In this document: positions 51,549 to 64,000 of the stretch, one piece after another
How positions within the stretch are numbered: the first letter of the stretch is position 1
How the letters are laid out: every line of letters starts with the position of its first letter
Origin: Salpingoeca rosetta
Lineage: Eukaryota > Protista > Choanoflagellata
Assembly: GCA_033442325.1 (NCBI GenBank)
Contig: JAWQFM010000006.1
Span: 501,628-565,627 of the forward strand
Length of the DNA stretch: 64,000 nt
Reading direction: 5' to 3'
The notes under the pieces: model-generated
What the model saw: only the letters and a program-made list of their open reading frames with translations
What the model was told of the DNA's origin: nothing
Databases searched by the model: none
Translations under genes and position numbers: made by a program

Positions 51549-51666
51549 GACACATGCACAACCGAATACGTGCACAACCAAACACACACACACACACACA
51601 AGCACTCTCTGCCGTGTTTTCCAGCTCATACCTTGCGCTCCGCTTTGACATTGTTCGTTCTGCCAT
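42061..51666 (-). CDS. Very large protein (>2000 aa): FSIP2/ERICH3-like N-terminal module, charged coiled coil, ~5.2-kb acidic exon with SEA-like domains; start codon and first exons tentative
   Basis: Spliced PTYS|[45 protein letters not shown]|AYR; E/R/K coiled-coil exons at 50110-48270; long ORF ~48075-42850 rich in D/E/A; terminal exons FRRRSSR..ASP | [21 protein letters not shown] (stop 42063-42061). Confidence 0.7.
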
Positions 51667-51983
51667 GGCAGCCGTGGGTGGCTGCTGTTGTACTTTGGCG
51701 ATACGCTTACTGTTGACGATATTGCCCACTCGCGTCCACACCACCGGCTAATGTCAACCAAAACAAGCAGCAAGCAAGCAGCAAGGGAGGGGCTTGTGTT
51801 TGCTCGCTTCTTGTTGTGTTGTGTTGTGTTGTTGTTTTGCGCCGCGTTTTGCGGAATATTTGCCAACATTTTCCACAAATCGCAAACAGAGCAAACGCCC
51901 ACAGCGCGAGCAGCGGACACACACGAACCAGCAGGCAGGCGTCATCAGCACACGGTTGCACTCGCCACCACACGGCAGCAGAG

Positions 51984-53554
51984 ATGGCGACGAAGCGTCG
52001 GCTGAAGACGGAACACGCACAATTTGTACGTTGGTGTGTGGCGTGTTCATGTGTGCGTGTGTATGCGTGTGTGTTTTGGTTGTTTTCTTTTGGCTTTGGA
52101 CGAGGATGGAAAGGGAGACGCATGGAGCTTCAACTTCGAGTATGCGCCTCACGCTGTCGTGTCTCCGTTTTTGACAGAAGAAGACACCTCCAGAAGGTGT
52201 CACGCTACTCACAGATGACCCTACATCCACGCGATGGATCGTTCAAATAGCTGGCGCCCCAAATACGGTGCGTATGTGTATCTGTGTGTGTGCTTGTGTG
52301 TGCTTGTGTGTGCATGTGTACCTGTGTGTGCTTGTGTGTGCTCTCTGCTTGCAATAGTTGGTTGTGCGCTGCTGGTGGTAGTCGTCGTCATCGTCGTCGT
52401 CTTCGTCATGTGCAAACATTGTATGCTGGGGTTCACATCTTTTGCTTGATATCCCACCACTAGGTGTACGCTGGAGAGACGTTTCAGTTGCAGCTCTCAT
52501 TTTCAGGTGAGAGAGCCCTTCAAATGCACATGCCAAATAACGGGTGGAATGTCCCAGGTTGAGCGCGTGGCCACGTTATTACAGAGAAACGTCCATGCTT
52601 ATCTCTTTCTCACTCTCACATACACATGTACACATATACACACGTGCGCGCCACGTGTGGCTTATGCATAAGCAGATAAGTACCCATTCTCGCCACCCGA
52701 AGTCATCTTCCTCGACAACCCACCGCAACACCCCCACGTGTACAAGAACGGACACATCTGCCTCAGCATCCTCTACCAAGAATGGTGCGCCTGCAGGCTG
52801 TGTGTGTGTGTGCGAGTGTGTGCGAACATATTTGTGCTCAGCTTTAGTTGTGCGTGTGTGTGTGTGTGTGTGTGTGTGGCTTGTGTGGGTGCGTTACCCA
52901 CGTCGCCTTACAAGTGTGCATTCCAGTTGTTGTGCTGCACTCACCACACCTGGCACCGTGCTCCATGTCACTCAGGTCACCAGCGCTGACTGCAAGCTCT
53001 GTTTGCGTCAGCATTCTCAGCATGCTCAGCTCTGTCAGCAAGAAGGTCTGTCTTACCTGCATCGTTGTTCCTCTTTTTCTTACAACCTTCGTCCACCTTC
53101 ACTTTCTGTCTTTGTGCGCGCCAATCCCTGCTCCCATTCGTTTCCGAAGAATTCATTGTTGCATTGCAGCATTGCATGCCCCTGCCGACCACCACTCACT
53201 TGTTCGTGTTTCATGTATGTGTATGTGTGTGTGTGTGCGCGTGTGTATGTGTATGTGTGTGCGCGCGTGTGTATGTGTATGTGTGTGTGTGTGTGTGTGC
53301 GTGCGTGTGTGAATAGGAGTGGCCCATTGACAATGACTCGTACATGGCTCGCTGGCGCATCTCTCGTCACGGTCCACAGAAGACACTGTGGGACTTCCAT
53401 GGTGCGTACGTGCGTGTGCGATGTGCGTGTGTGTGAAAGTAGCTTGGACCTGCAGTGGCTTTTCTCACCATCTCACCACATCATCTTACCACCTCATCTC
53501 ACCACTGCTACCACCACCTCCACGCATCTTCACGTCGCAGACGACACTGTGTAG
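51984..53554 (+). CDS. UBE2W: Ubiquitin-conjugating enzyme E2 W
   Basis: MATKRRLKTE..PPEGV..WIVQIAGAPNT | VYAGETFQL | KYPFSPPEVIF..HPHVYKNGHICLSIL | WSPALTASSVCVSILSMLSS | ..LWDFH | DDTV*. HPH in place of HPN and the W.xHDD C-terminus are typical of UBE2W. Confidence 0.95.
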
Positions 53555-53872
53555 CCTGTGTGTGGGCTAAGTACGGCCTTCAGACGTCTCACTTGGCCCA
53601 ACTTCCAACAAGAGACATGCACCCCCCCCCGGATTCTCTGCTTAATTGAACCAACACCAGTCAAGCTCCTCATCACGCTAATGCATCAGTTCCTCTCCTT
53701 ATTGGCCATCCACAACACCACCAACACTCGGCTGCACACTGCACGTGCACATGTTGTTGTATTTCTCTTCTTGTAATCACGAATGAACATCAAAGCAACG
53801 CTGCGCAATGATTCCAACAGCACCGGGAAACACACACACAAACACACACACACACACACGTATTGTGGGGCT

Positions 53873-56576
53873 TCAATAGAATTTGGTTTCGCGGGCGACA
53901 AGTTTAAGAATTTCCTCCTGCGATTTCCCCCAGTTGTGTGGTGCCTGCAAGCACGCACGAATGCATCAGTGTGGAGATGTGTGTATGTGTGTGTGCGCGT
54001 GTGACATGGGACACGAAGAAGCAAAGAAGGCAAGCAAAACGCACACCCATACAGCATAGTAACGCCCCAAACCCCCACCCCCTCAACACACACACACACA
54101 CCAAGACAAGTACCCCCCCCCCTCCACAACGCACGTCACGTCACGTCACGTTCATCAGCAGCAGCAGCAGCAGCAGCGCACCTTTGCGACGCGTTGCCAG
54201 ATGGGCCCGTGTCGTGGCTCCGCAGCAATGCAGTGCTTCAACACGTCCTCCTGCTTGCTCGCGTCCCCGTGCAGCTGCTCAAACTTGTAGTACGCCGCCC
54301 ACGCGTCGCCGTAGTCCGGGTCGAGCTTGACGGTGCGGTTGAACCAGCGGCGCGCCTTTGTGATGCGGCGGTCGGACAGCAGCAGCTTGGCAACCGCAAG
54401 CAGCACACGTGCATCGTTCTCGCAGCGCTTCAGGGCGTCGAGGGATTTGGTTTTGCGCTGGGGGCGTGGCTCCATGAAGATGGCCTCGCTCCACAGCAGC
54501 CCGGAGTTGGGGCAGTCCTGCACACCGGGTAACGACGTGGCGGGGGGGGGAGGTGTTGAAGGAGAACGGCGTGTGTATGTGTGTGGATACGCGTGTGTGT
54601 ATGTGTTTTGGAACATAGCAACAACCGTGAGTGCAGTGAAAGACGGGCCGTTGCGCCAACACGAATGAATGAACGACTTTTTCGCTTACGATCACAACGG
54701 CAGACAGTAGGGCAATAGAAACCAGAGCCAGCGCAACACATCACACACATGCCACCAATCACCGCCACTGCCACTGCCACAATCACAATCACAATCACAA
54801 TCACAATCACAATCACAATCACAATCACCTCAAATCACCACCACCCACTGACCTGGAGCGCCTTTGCCATGATGGCGGTGGCCACCTCGGGCTGTCCCAG
54901 CTGCCGCTCAATGTCCACGGACTCCAGCCACAGCTCGGGGCAGTGCGGATTCTTCAGGCGCCCGCGCTCAAGGATGGCACGCGCACGCGTCGCTTGGCCT
55001 GCGGCGAAAGAGAGACGAAAGGTTGCGGGGAGGTGGTGTCAAAATGTAGGTTGATGCGTGGAAGGTCGATGACACACAACGCACAGTGAAGGTCCAATGT
55101 GGGCACACGAACAAACAAACAAACAAACAAACAAGCACACAAACAAGCACACAAACAAGCACACAAACAAGCACACAAACAAACAAACAAACAAACAAAC
55201 AAACACACGTATCAGCGCACCTGCTGCGAGCTCGAGCCTTGCCGAGAGGATCCACAGCGGGATGGAGTCGGGGCAGTTCTTCACGCCCTGCGCATAAAAC
55301 TGTCGTGCGTCCTCCACCTTGTCCTGCTGCTCGCTAATCTGCCCGCGCATCATCCACAGCTTGGGCGCCGTCGGATGCAGCTTCACCGCATCCGCCAGCA
55401 TCTCGCTCGCCGCGTCAAGGTTGCCCAGCACCCATTCCAGCCGCGCAGACTTCATCCACACGCGTGCAGTGCCGGCCTCACGTCGCGCTCGCTCCAGCAG
55501 CCCGCGCGCACGCTGGTGCTCGTTGTTCTCAGACTCAAGCTTGACGGCAGCCAGCCAGATGTCCTCGTTGTTCGGGATGGCCGTGAACGCGTGCAGCAGG
55601 ATGTTGCGGGCAGCGGGCACGTTGCCTCCGAGCCACGCAGACTTGGCGCCCATCAGCCACAGCGTCTCCGCCTGTGGGCAGTACTTGACGGCCTTGCGAA
55701 GGTGCTCGTCCAGACTCTCGCGTGTGCCGTGCTCCTTTTCAAAGAATGCAACCTGCTCCCACAGGTCCTCGTTGGCAGGGAACGCCGTCAGGCAGTGCGC
55801 ATACACGGCGCGCGCCGCGTTGTATGCCTCGTCCTTGACAAACGACTCTGCATCCTCCAGCCACGTCTCCAGCCTGTCTTCGTCCTCAACGCCGATGTTG
55901 ATGACCTCACGCACAATCGCCTGGCACGTCTGCACATGCCCGCTCTTGTCGCACGCCTTCGCATCCGCCAGCCACAAGTCCCTGGCGGGCGGTGGTGGTG
56001 GTGGTGATGGTGGTTGTGGAATGGCGCGGGAGGCGAGGAGGTGACGTGAGACAGCAATTACGCATAAGAACGGAGAGTATATAACAGTGTGATTTCGTAA
56101 ACATGCACAAGGGGGTGGAAGACACCTATTCCTCTCGCACAAGCACAGACACAGACACACACACACAGACACACACAGACACAGACACACATGCACACAC
56201 ACACACACGCAATAAACAACACGGGTGCGCGCACCTGTTGATTTCGACCATGTTACCCTGGAGGGACTTGATACCGAGGCTGATGAGCCGCCCCACGTTT
56301 GCCTCGTTGCCCGCCGTCTCCTCAAGCTTGGCGGCGGCAATCCAGATGGCGCGCTCCGTGGGAATGGCCTTACGCGCGCGGTTGAGCACCTTACGCGCGT
56401 TGTCGTATGTCTCGAGGTGGGCGAGGGCGAGCCACAGGTCCACGCTCTGCGGGCAGCACTCGACCGCGCGGCCAAGGAGGATGCACGCGTCGGACGGCGA
56501 CTCAAGGTCGACCGCAGCCTTCCACAGCTTCACAGAGTCGGGGATCGTGTCAAGCCCTGCACGTGGAGATGGGTAA

Positions 56577-56646
<70 letters not shown>

Positions 56647-57023
56647 TATGGTAGGTGAAGTGGAAGGGGGTTGATATGAGGCAAGCCAAACACACACACA
56701 CATACACACACATACACACACACACATTTCCGCACCTTTTCTGAGCACGCGGCGCTTCGCCTTGACGTCCGACTCGAGGTCCGCAGCCTTGATCCACAGC
56801 TTGACGGAGGATGGCACGGCAGCCACGGCCTGCGCCACCACGGCCTTGGCCTGCTCTGGCGGCTGCAGGCGGATGGCTTCCAGCCAGATGTCCTCGTTCT
56901 TCGGGCACTTCTCTGTTGCCTTGATGATCAGGTTGCGCGCCGTCTGGATGCGCCCGACCTCCTCCTCCAATCGCGCTGACGCAATCCACGCAGGGCCTGG
57001 CGTGTTTGTGTTTGGGTGTTCGT

Positions 57024-57068
<45 letters not shown>

Positions 57069-57071
57069 CGT

Positions 57072-57110
<39 letters not shown>

Positions 57111-57444
57111 CGTGTGTGCGTGCGCATGTGTGTGTATGGTGTGATGAGGGATGAGAGTGGCGCAGTGAGTGAAAGTTGCAATGGACGTAACTGCGCAGAC
57201 GTATGCTCGTTGAAACAGGGATGCACGAGCTGACGTAACTTCAAGCAGGCATGAATGGCACACGCACCGTGCTTCGGGTTTGTCTTTCGCACGGCCGCCA
57301 GCAGCATTCGCCCTTTCTTCACATCACTGCAGCGCCAAACCCAAAGGAAACAGCGATGAACCTGTGAGGGGCGGTGCAATTGGACATACACGCAACCACG
57401 ACAGAGGCAAGGGAAAACAGAAAAGGTTTCGACACCCCTCTCCC

Positions 57445-57517
<73 letters not shown>

Positions 57518-57793
57518 CACCAACCAACCCATCAAGCAAACAACGCGACGCACCCAATGTCGCCGCTGAAGGACGGGGTGAGGGAGTTGAGGTCGGTGAG
57601 GTATCCCTTTGGGTCGACGACCGTCTGGCCAGACACGGAGTCGGACGCCTGGTCCAGGTTCATGCGCATCAGGGTGCCACGCGCAGCACCGACCTCCATC
57701 ATATCCACATCGCCTGCACAACATAGGATATGGGGTCATGGTGACAACAGTCCGGATGAGCACACTGATGCTGTGTGTGTGCGTGTGTGTGCG

Positions 57794-57834
<41 letters not shown>

Positions 57835-59483
57835 GTGTGTGTGTGTTGCGTGTTGCGTGTGTTGTGCGTGTGCGCAACTCATGGACGCCATCATCACTAA
57901 CTCGAGCGAGGACCCTAACATCATCGCTCAAGCACAGTTCAAACACCGTTTCCTTCCTCATCCCCAACCCACCCCAACCCACCCCTCAACACCACCGCGA
58001 CCACGAGCACTGCACCTGGCTTGAGGGTCTGTGTTCCCGGCAGCGGCGTCTGCAGACCACCATATTTCTGCTGCCGCACATCCAGTGAGCTGTGCTGCCC
58101 TGCCCCGCCCTGGTGGTCGTGTGTGTGTGTGTGTGTGATGAAGGGGGGAGCGATGTGTGAGCTGGTGCACATGCTGAGGGGCAGACAAAGGCGTGTAATG
58201 CCAGGCAGGCAGACAAGCAGACAAGCGAGCAAGAAAATCAACCCACACAAGCATACAAGAAATGCAAACAAACGAAACGTACGCCAGCGACGAGGGAGTC
58301 TGGGACGGGTGTGAACCGCTCCTGTGTCTGTCGCTTTGCCCGCTTCAGCTTCTTGCCAATATCGGCCGCATCCGGAATCTTGTCCCACTCCTCCTCAGAG
58401 ACTGACGAAAGATCGCGCTGCAGATCGGCAAGGAGAGAGATTTGTGTGCATGCAACGGGTTGTTGGTGTTGTGTGAAACGTTGGCGAGGGCATCAAGTTG
58501 TGGCAGTCATGATGGTGACAAGCTGTTGTGGTCTACGGGGGCAAGAGGCACAGTCTACCGTCGACGTGCACCACACGCTACGTACCCGAGCACGCACACT
58601 TGCGTGCCACACACCTTGAGGTCGGAGAACTGCTGCTGGATCTTTGGGCGCTCCTGGCGGTATTTCAAGAGCTCCTCGCGTTCGCGCTGCTCGCGGTGCT
58701 GTCGCCTGCGCTCGTCCTGGCGCTTGTCAACGGCGTCGTAGATCAGGTCTGCCTCGCGGTCCTCGCTGTCGTAGCTGCCCTTGCTGAACAAGCTGCCACC
58801 GTACCCGCTGAACTCGTCGTAGTTGGACTCGTTCAGGTTTTCCTCCTTTGCCTCGCCACCCCTGTCGGCGCAATGAGAGGCAAGTCAAGCGCACATAGGC
58901 ACAAGTAGGCGTTCGTGTGAGTTGCAGCAGCGGCGCACGCAGTATTGGCACACGGGCAGGGTCGGGCTGGAAGAAACACAAAACAAGGCAGTGTTGAAGA
59001 CCAATGTTCCAACATCAGCAATGACACGCGAGTGGCATAACCACGTACCGTTCTGTGGAGCGGGCTGGGCCGATATCTGAACGGGTTGTGAAACCTTGCG
59101 CACTGCAGGCAGAGCACGATGCAGTGTTGAATTGGAGCCAGTGAGGTACAACAGCACGTCAGCAGCAACGCGGGTGAAGAATACAACTCAACCACAGTTT
59201 GCATCCCTGCGCACAAATTACGCACGTGCTCGCACACATACACACGTAGACACACACGTATACACATGCACACACACATGCACACACGCACACGCAGGCC
59301 CACACATGCACATGCACACGCGCACACATGCACACATGCACACACGCGCACACATGCACATACGCGCACACACGACAAGCACAAACGCACACACTCTTCG
59401 ACGTACCCGCGTCCAGAGCCACCGACGTAGCCTGGAGGGCCTTCTTCATGCAAGAAGAAGTACTTGTCCTTGGACTCGCTCAT
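53873..59483 (-). CDS. PRPF6: Pre-mRNA processing factor 6 (U5-102K, HAT/TPR repeats), multi-exon
   Basis: [11 protein letters not shown] | ..[83 protein letters not shown] repeats, [23 protein letters not shown]; last exon APHNW..ETKFY*. Confidence 0.96.
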
Positions 59484-59665
59484 GCTGCCGACGTTGTCCC
59501 CCAACTTGGTCTCTCCGTTGCTGGACTTGTCTCTCTGTTCCACAAAGATGCTGCTGTTGCGGTGTCTGTTCTGTCTCCTGTTCCCTGCGCTCACACGTCA
59601 CACAGCGGCAGTCACAGTCACGGCAAACGCTCGCACCAACTGACCACGACAGGAAGAAAAATGGC

Positions 59666-59694
59666 TGAAGTTATGGCGATTCTTCACAACTTCA
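59666..59694. promoter_or_regulatory. Inverted-repeat element TGAAGTTATG-N9-CACAACTTCA in the PRPF6/SH2 bidirectional promoter
   Basis: The arms are 9/10 complementary, and 16 bp are shared with 11097-11112. Confidence 0.5.
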
Positions 59695-59861
59695 AGGCAA
59701 ATTGATTGAGGAGGCGTTGGTTGGGTGTTGTTGTCCTCTGAAGAAGCACCCACAACAACAACAACCAGTTCTTGCTTGTCTTTCTTGTTCTTCATCAGGT
59801 CTTCCCTCCCGCTCCCTCTTTCCCTCTCTCTGTTTGCTGGATTGCCGGCACGGTGCTGGCT

Positions 59862-60311
59862 ATGTGGAGGAGAGGCAAGCGCCGGGATCCAGCTGGCCCA
59901 TGTCATATCAATTGGTGCGACAACCCGCTGTTGTCTGAAGAGGATGAGAGTGAAGATGGCGAAACTGTCAAGCAAAGTGATTGCGACGCGCGCATGCGTC
60001 CTGCAGAGGAAGGCAAGGCAACAGTGGAACGGTTCAACGACCCGCAGCAGCATGCCGCAGTAGAGCAGGCAAAGGGTGATGCTGTTGTGAACATGGGTTG
60101 CCGGCCACTCCCACTGCCTCCTGGCGTCAGCGCCAGCATGAGTGGGGAGGTTGCGATGCCATCATCGCCGACCGCTTCCTCCTTCTCCTCTGCACCACAC
60201 GTTTGCACTGCCAGAGCAGATGTACCTTCCGCCCCACAACGCCCAGATCAATCGCACACGTCACAACCCTGGTTTCACGGCACACTATCCCGCCAGGTGA
60301 CCGTCCCGCGT

Positions 60312-60396
<85 letters not shown>

Positions 60397-60924
60397 CGTG
60401 TGTGTGTGCGTGCGCGAGCNNNNNNNNNNNNNNNNNNNNNNNNNNNNNNNNNNNNNNNNNNNNNNNNNNNNNNNNNNNNNNNNNNNNNNNNNNNNNNNNN
60501 NNNNNNNNNNNNNNNNNNNAAAAAAAAAAAAATGAACAGAAAAAGCAGTAAATACACGAGATAGAAGGCTGGAGATTGTAGCGGAGATAAAAGAGCGCGT
60601 AGAAAATACGTAGTTGAGCAAAAATCACATACAGGGGGAGAGTAAACAAATTGAATAATAAGGCTAGCTGTGGGTTTCTGTTCCCGAATTTTAATGTTGT
60701 GGGGAAACGTTTAACAGGAGGCTTTGGACATTTTTGCCAGGGGCAATGGCATGGCAGACGAGGGTGTTCCTATAAAAAGATTAAAATAGCCGATGAGACA
60801 CCACTTTATATTATCAAACTATAAAAAGACCGCGAAAATGTGGAGTATGTGTGTGAGAGTGTGTGTCCAAGTCTCTCTCTCTATCTCCTCCCTCCCTCTA
60901 TCTCTCTCTCTCTGTCAGTCTGTC

Positions 60925-60993
<69 letters not shown>

Positions 60994-61272
60994 TCTCCCT
61001 CTTTCTGTCTGTCTGCCTCTCTGTCTGTCTGTCCGTCACCCTCCGTCTCCCTATCCCTTTCCACAATGAAACCTCACCCCAGCTGCCACATATGCTTTCG
61101 CCATCAGGTGTACCACAACTCGATTGGTGTGCTTGAGGACGGCCAGTATTGCTACGTGGGCCCCAATCGCGTCTTCCGCACCATCTCGGAGCTCGTGGCG
61201 TTTTACACCGCCATCACCAACGCCCCGCACCTCAAGCTGACAAAGGCAGCCCCAGTTACACAGCACCCTTGA
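59862..61272 (+). CDS. Small SH2-domain adaptor with an RPLPxxP SH3-ligand motif; central SH2 exon(s) missing at the assembly gap
   Basis: Exon 1 ends QPWFHGTLSRQ (donor at 60297). The last exon, 61108-61272, reads VYHNSIGVLEDGQYCYVGPNRVFRTISELVAFYT..LKLT, the SH2 betaD-alphaB region. The FLVR-type segment is not visible. Confidence 0.8.
60420..60519. other. Assembly gap (100 N) inside the SH2 gene
   Basis: N-run after (GT)n. Confidence 0.95.
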
Positions 61273-61902
61273 CACTGCGCGTGCGAATGGGTGTTTACTT
61301 CGACATGCTCTTCCTTCTGCCTGTGTTTCTGTTTTTTTTTTTTTTTTTTGGTCCGATGGCCTCTCGCGCATACTGGCACACACACACACACAGATACACA
61401 CAGATACACACACACACACTCGCTCTACATCACCCTTGAATCGTAACAGCTGGCCTGTTCTAGATTCCTCTTGCTGCGATGCATGCCTGACACATGGCGT
61501 ATGTTTATTTCTTTGCTCGCTTGCTTGCCCTGTTCTTGCCTCCTCCTTCCTTCCTTCCCTTCCCTGCGTGCTTCTGTCTTTACGCGTGTGCATTGACTGC
61601 TGCTTCATCTGCAGCCAGGCATGCACCAGCGAAGCCCCTGGCCTGTAAACAACATGTCTTTGTTCATCGTTTCATTGGTCCATACGCGCGCGAGCACGCA
61701 TGCAAGCATGGGGGAAAGACAGCACGGCAAAGAGCAAACAAGTTGAGACCAGCACGGCAAATCAAATCAATAATCCAATCCACCAGCCTACCGGCATTCA
61801 AACAAAGCAGGCACAAACACACAGCCCGACCAAACGCACACAGACACATGCGCACGTTGACTACAGTGGTGGCTGCACGACTGCAAGCAAAGCAGCGGCA
61901 GC

Positions 61903-61962
61903 CAACACAGTTTCGATACAAGGGGCAGCAACACAGTTTCGATACAAGGGGCAGCAACACAG
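61903..61962. repeat. 26-bp tandem repeat (2.3 copies) between convergent 3' ends
   Basis: caacacagtttcgatacaaggggcag at 61903 and 61929, plus a partial third copy. Confidence 0.9.
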
Positions 61963-62288
61963 GAGAGAAGGAGTGGCCAAAGGCAAGAGGCAAAAGATGT
62001 GGAGAGAAGCTACAGCTACAAGACAAACGCCAGACATGTCAGGATGTGGCATGAAAAAGCCGCGAAGCACACGAAACAGGCAAGCAAGCAGAGCACACGG
62101 TTGTCTACACAGCCCTTTCTGTGCATTTGTTAAGGACAATCAACGAGTACAGCAATGGTCACACGGCCAAGCCAATGCACCACACACACAGACACGCACA
62201 CACACACACGCCGCGCATACACACACGCATACACACACACACACACACACGCACACACACAGACATCGTCGTCAGTGCGAGATTGCGT

Positions 62289-63780
62289 CTAGTCGAGCAC
62301 GAGGCCTCGCGTCTCCTTTGGAATGAGATAGGACGCCAGCGCCGCAACGCCGTTCATCGCCCCGAACAGAATCAAACGCACGTGAAACGCGATTGCAGAG
62401 GCGTCGCCCCAATACGGCGCCGAAAACGCGCCCACACGCGCCATGGCATTGCACCAGCTGTGGCCAGCAGCGCGCACGTGCGTGGAGTACAGCTCAGGCG
62501 TCATGACCCACGTCACGCTCGTGCCAATCAGGATGCTTGCACGGCACACCATGACCATGAACACACCAAGGGCGCGCGGCACAGGGATGGTGAGCAGCAC
62601 CATGAAAATGCCGCTGACAAGATAGCCCGTCCCCGATATGATCTTGCGCCCAACACGCTCGATGATGAGGAAGGCCAGGATGCACCCAATCACCTCCGCT
62701 GCGCCCGTTGTGAACAGCGCCGGGTAGTCAAAGTCCTTGCTGCCGCCGCCCGTGTGCGTGCCGTTGGGCTGGTGCGGGTGGATGGTGCTGTTGTCATGCG
62801 ACGTGGAGTTGCCGCCCTGGCTCGCGAAGAACTCGGGCGCAATGATCACCGTGCCTGCAGGCAACGCGACAAAATGGCATGACAGTCGCAGCATGAAGAG
62901 GACGGTGTTGGTTATTGTTGTTGTTGTGTGATTGTGTTGCATGTGGTGATTGTTTTGAAGGTGATGGAGTTGGGGGAGGGGGTGAGGGGGAGGCGGATAA
63001 TGCACAAACGCTTGGACAAAACGCGGCATGGGCGGGCAGAGCAGCAAGAACGACAAAGCAGAAGCAACAGCATGGCGTAGAGGGCACACGAAAACGTCAC
63101 AAACAGAAGCGACGCAGCGAAGCAGCACCAAGAGCAGCATACAGCAGCAGCAGCAGCAGGAGCAGCATGGACGAACCGTAGTACGTGAAGCCGGAGGTGG
63201 CCCAGACGGCCCACAGCATGATGGTGGTCATGCGGTTGTTCTTGTCGAACAGCATGAGCGGTGACACCTCGCTGCCTGTCGGCATATCGTCACCGCCAGC
63301 GTCGCCAGTTTCTGTAAGCAGGGCTGTGGAGTCTGCAATCTCGTACGTCTTGCCGTCCTCAGGCTGTGGCTCGTGGGAGAGCACAAGACGCGTGTGCGCG
63401 GGGAGAGCATCTGGCCTCTTGTTGAGCTTTGCGGCCTTATGCAGCACCTTCAGGGCTTCATCTGGTCGGTTCATCAGCAGCAGCCAGTGGGGCGACTCGG
63501 GGAGGAAGGGGAACGAGATCATCGCAATGGTGACGGGAACAGAGCAGAAGCCAACGAGGTAGCGCCAGCCAAGGTCATCAAGCATAATCCACGCAAGCCC
63601 GTTCACAAACAGCGTCCCAAACGTCCTGATGATGTGTGATGCGATGTGACGTGGCATTGCAGATGGTTGGGTGGGAAGTGAAGTGAGCAGACAGGAAGAG
63701 ATATTCCAAAGATGGGGCAAGGCAGCCAAACAAGGATACGCACACACACAAGGGGCAAACTAGCACGCTCATTCTCACTG

Positions 63781-63852
<72 letters not shown>

Positions 63853-64000
63853 GTATTCACACACACACATCCCTTCCCTCTCTATCAGTCCGTGATTGAG
63901 CGCGTGAACGTACCAGAAAAACTCAATGCCAAGCAAGGCCTTTCCGCGGATGCTTGGGGGCATAAACTCTGCCAGGAGATCAAAGGGAACGCCCATCCCG
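62289..64000 (-). CDS. SVOP: SVOP-like / organic cation MFS transporter; 5' part outside the window
   Basis: VPFDLLAEFMPPSIRGKALLGIEFFW | TFGTLFVNGLAWIML..LGWRYLV..LPESPHWLL..WATSGFTYYG | ..AAEVIG..IERVGRK..WVMTPELYSTHVRAAGHSWCNAMARVGA..PKETRG..*. Confidence 0.85.

Noticed and set aside
51659-51672. X-box-like palindrome CTGCCATGGCAG
   Set aside because: Coincides with the putative start codon in a Kozak-like context and lacks the GT..AC ends of an RFX site.
60520-60850. Poly-A plus AT-rich segment after the gap (retro-insertion or organellar DNA?)
   Set aside because: Abuts an N-gap and precedes a (CT)n run; typical low-quality contig end with no recognisable element features.

Overview
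Gene-dense, GC-rich, intron-rich eukaryotic DNA with (GT)n/(CA)n microsatellites in most introns and four N-gaps. The gene set (SH2 adaptor, FoxJ2/3, PH-Btk protein, CYB5D1, CSN3) and the intron style suggest a choanoflagellate, most likely Salpingoeca rosetta (inference). I reconstructed 17 protein-coding genes by hand-splicing: an SNM1/PSO2-type nuclease (3' end outside the window), intronless PABP, AVL9, CYB5D1, CCDC115/VMA22, a stand-alone PH-Btk protein, CDC20, a mucin-like single-pass receptor, CSN3, FoxJ2/3, Bax inhibitor-1, an intronless 900-aa LRR protein, a very large acidic protein with FSIP2-like and SEA-like modules, UBE2W, PRPF6, a small SH2 adaptor and a partial SVOP-like MFS transporter. 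Fourteen of the 17 sit in seven head-to-head pairs. Most ORFs in the supplied track are microsatellite or antisense artefacts. I saw no rRNA, tRNA, CRISPR array or transposase. The most interesting signals are: (1) polarised 5'-(GU)n / 3'-(CA)n introns that could fold back and replace a polypyrimidine tract; (2) a CDE-N4-CHR-like element and an 18-bp palindrome upstream of CDC20; (3) a 16-bp element shared by two bidirectional promoters; (4) an extra RRM-like domain inside PABP RRM3; (5) a PH-Btk module with no kinase or GAP domain; (6) a MUC1-like receptor and an apparently intracellular SEA-like domain carrying the RPG^SIIV autoproteolysis motif. Exon boundaries were read by eye and some are approximate.
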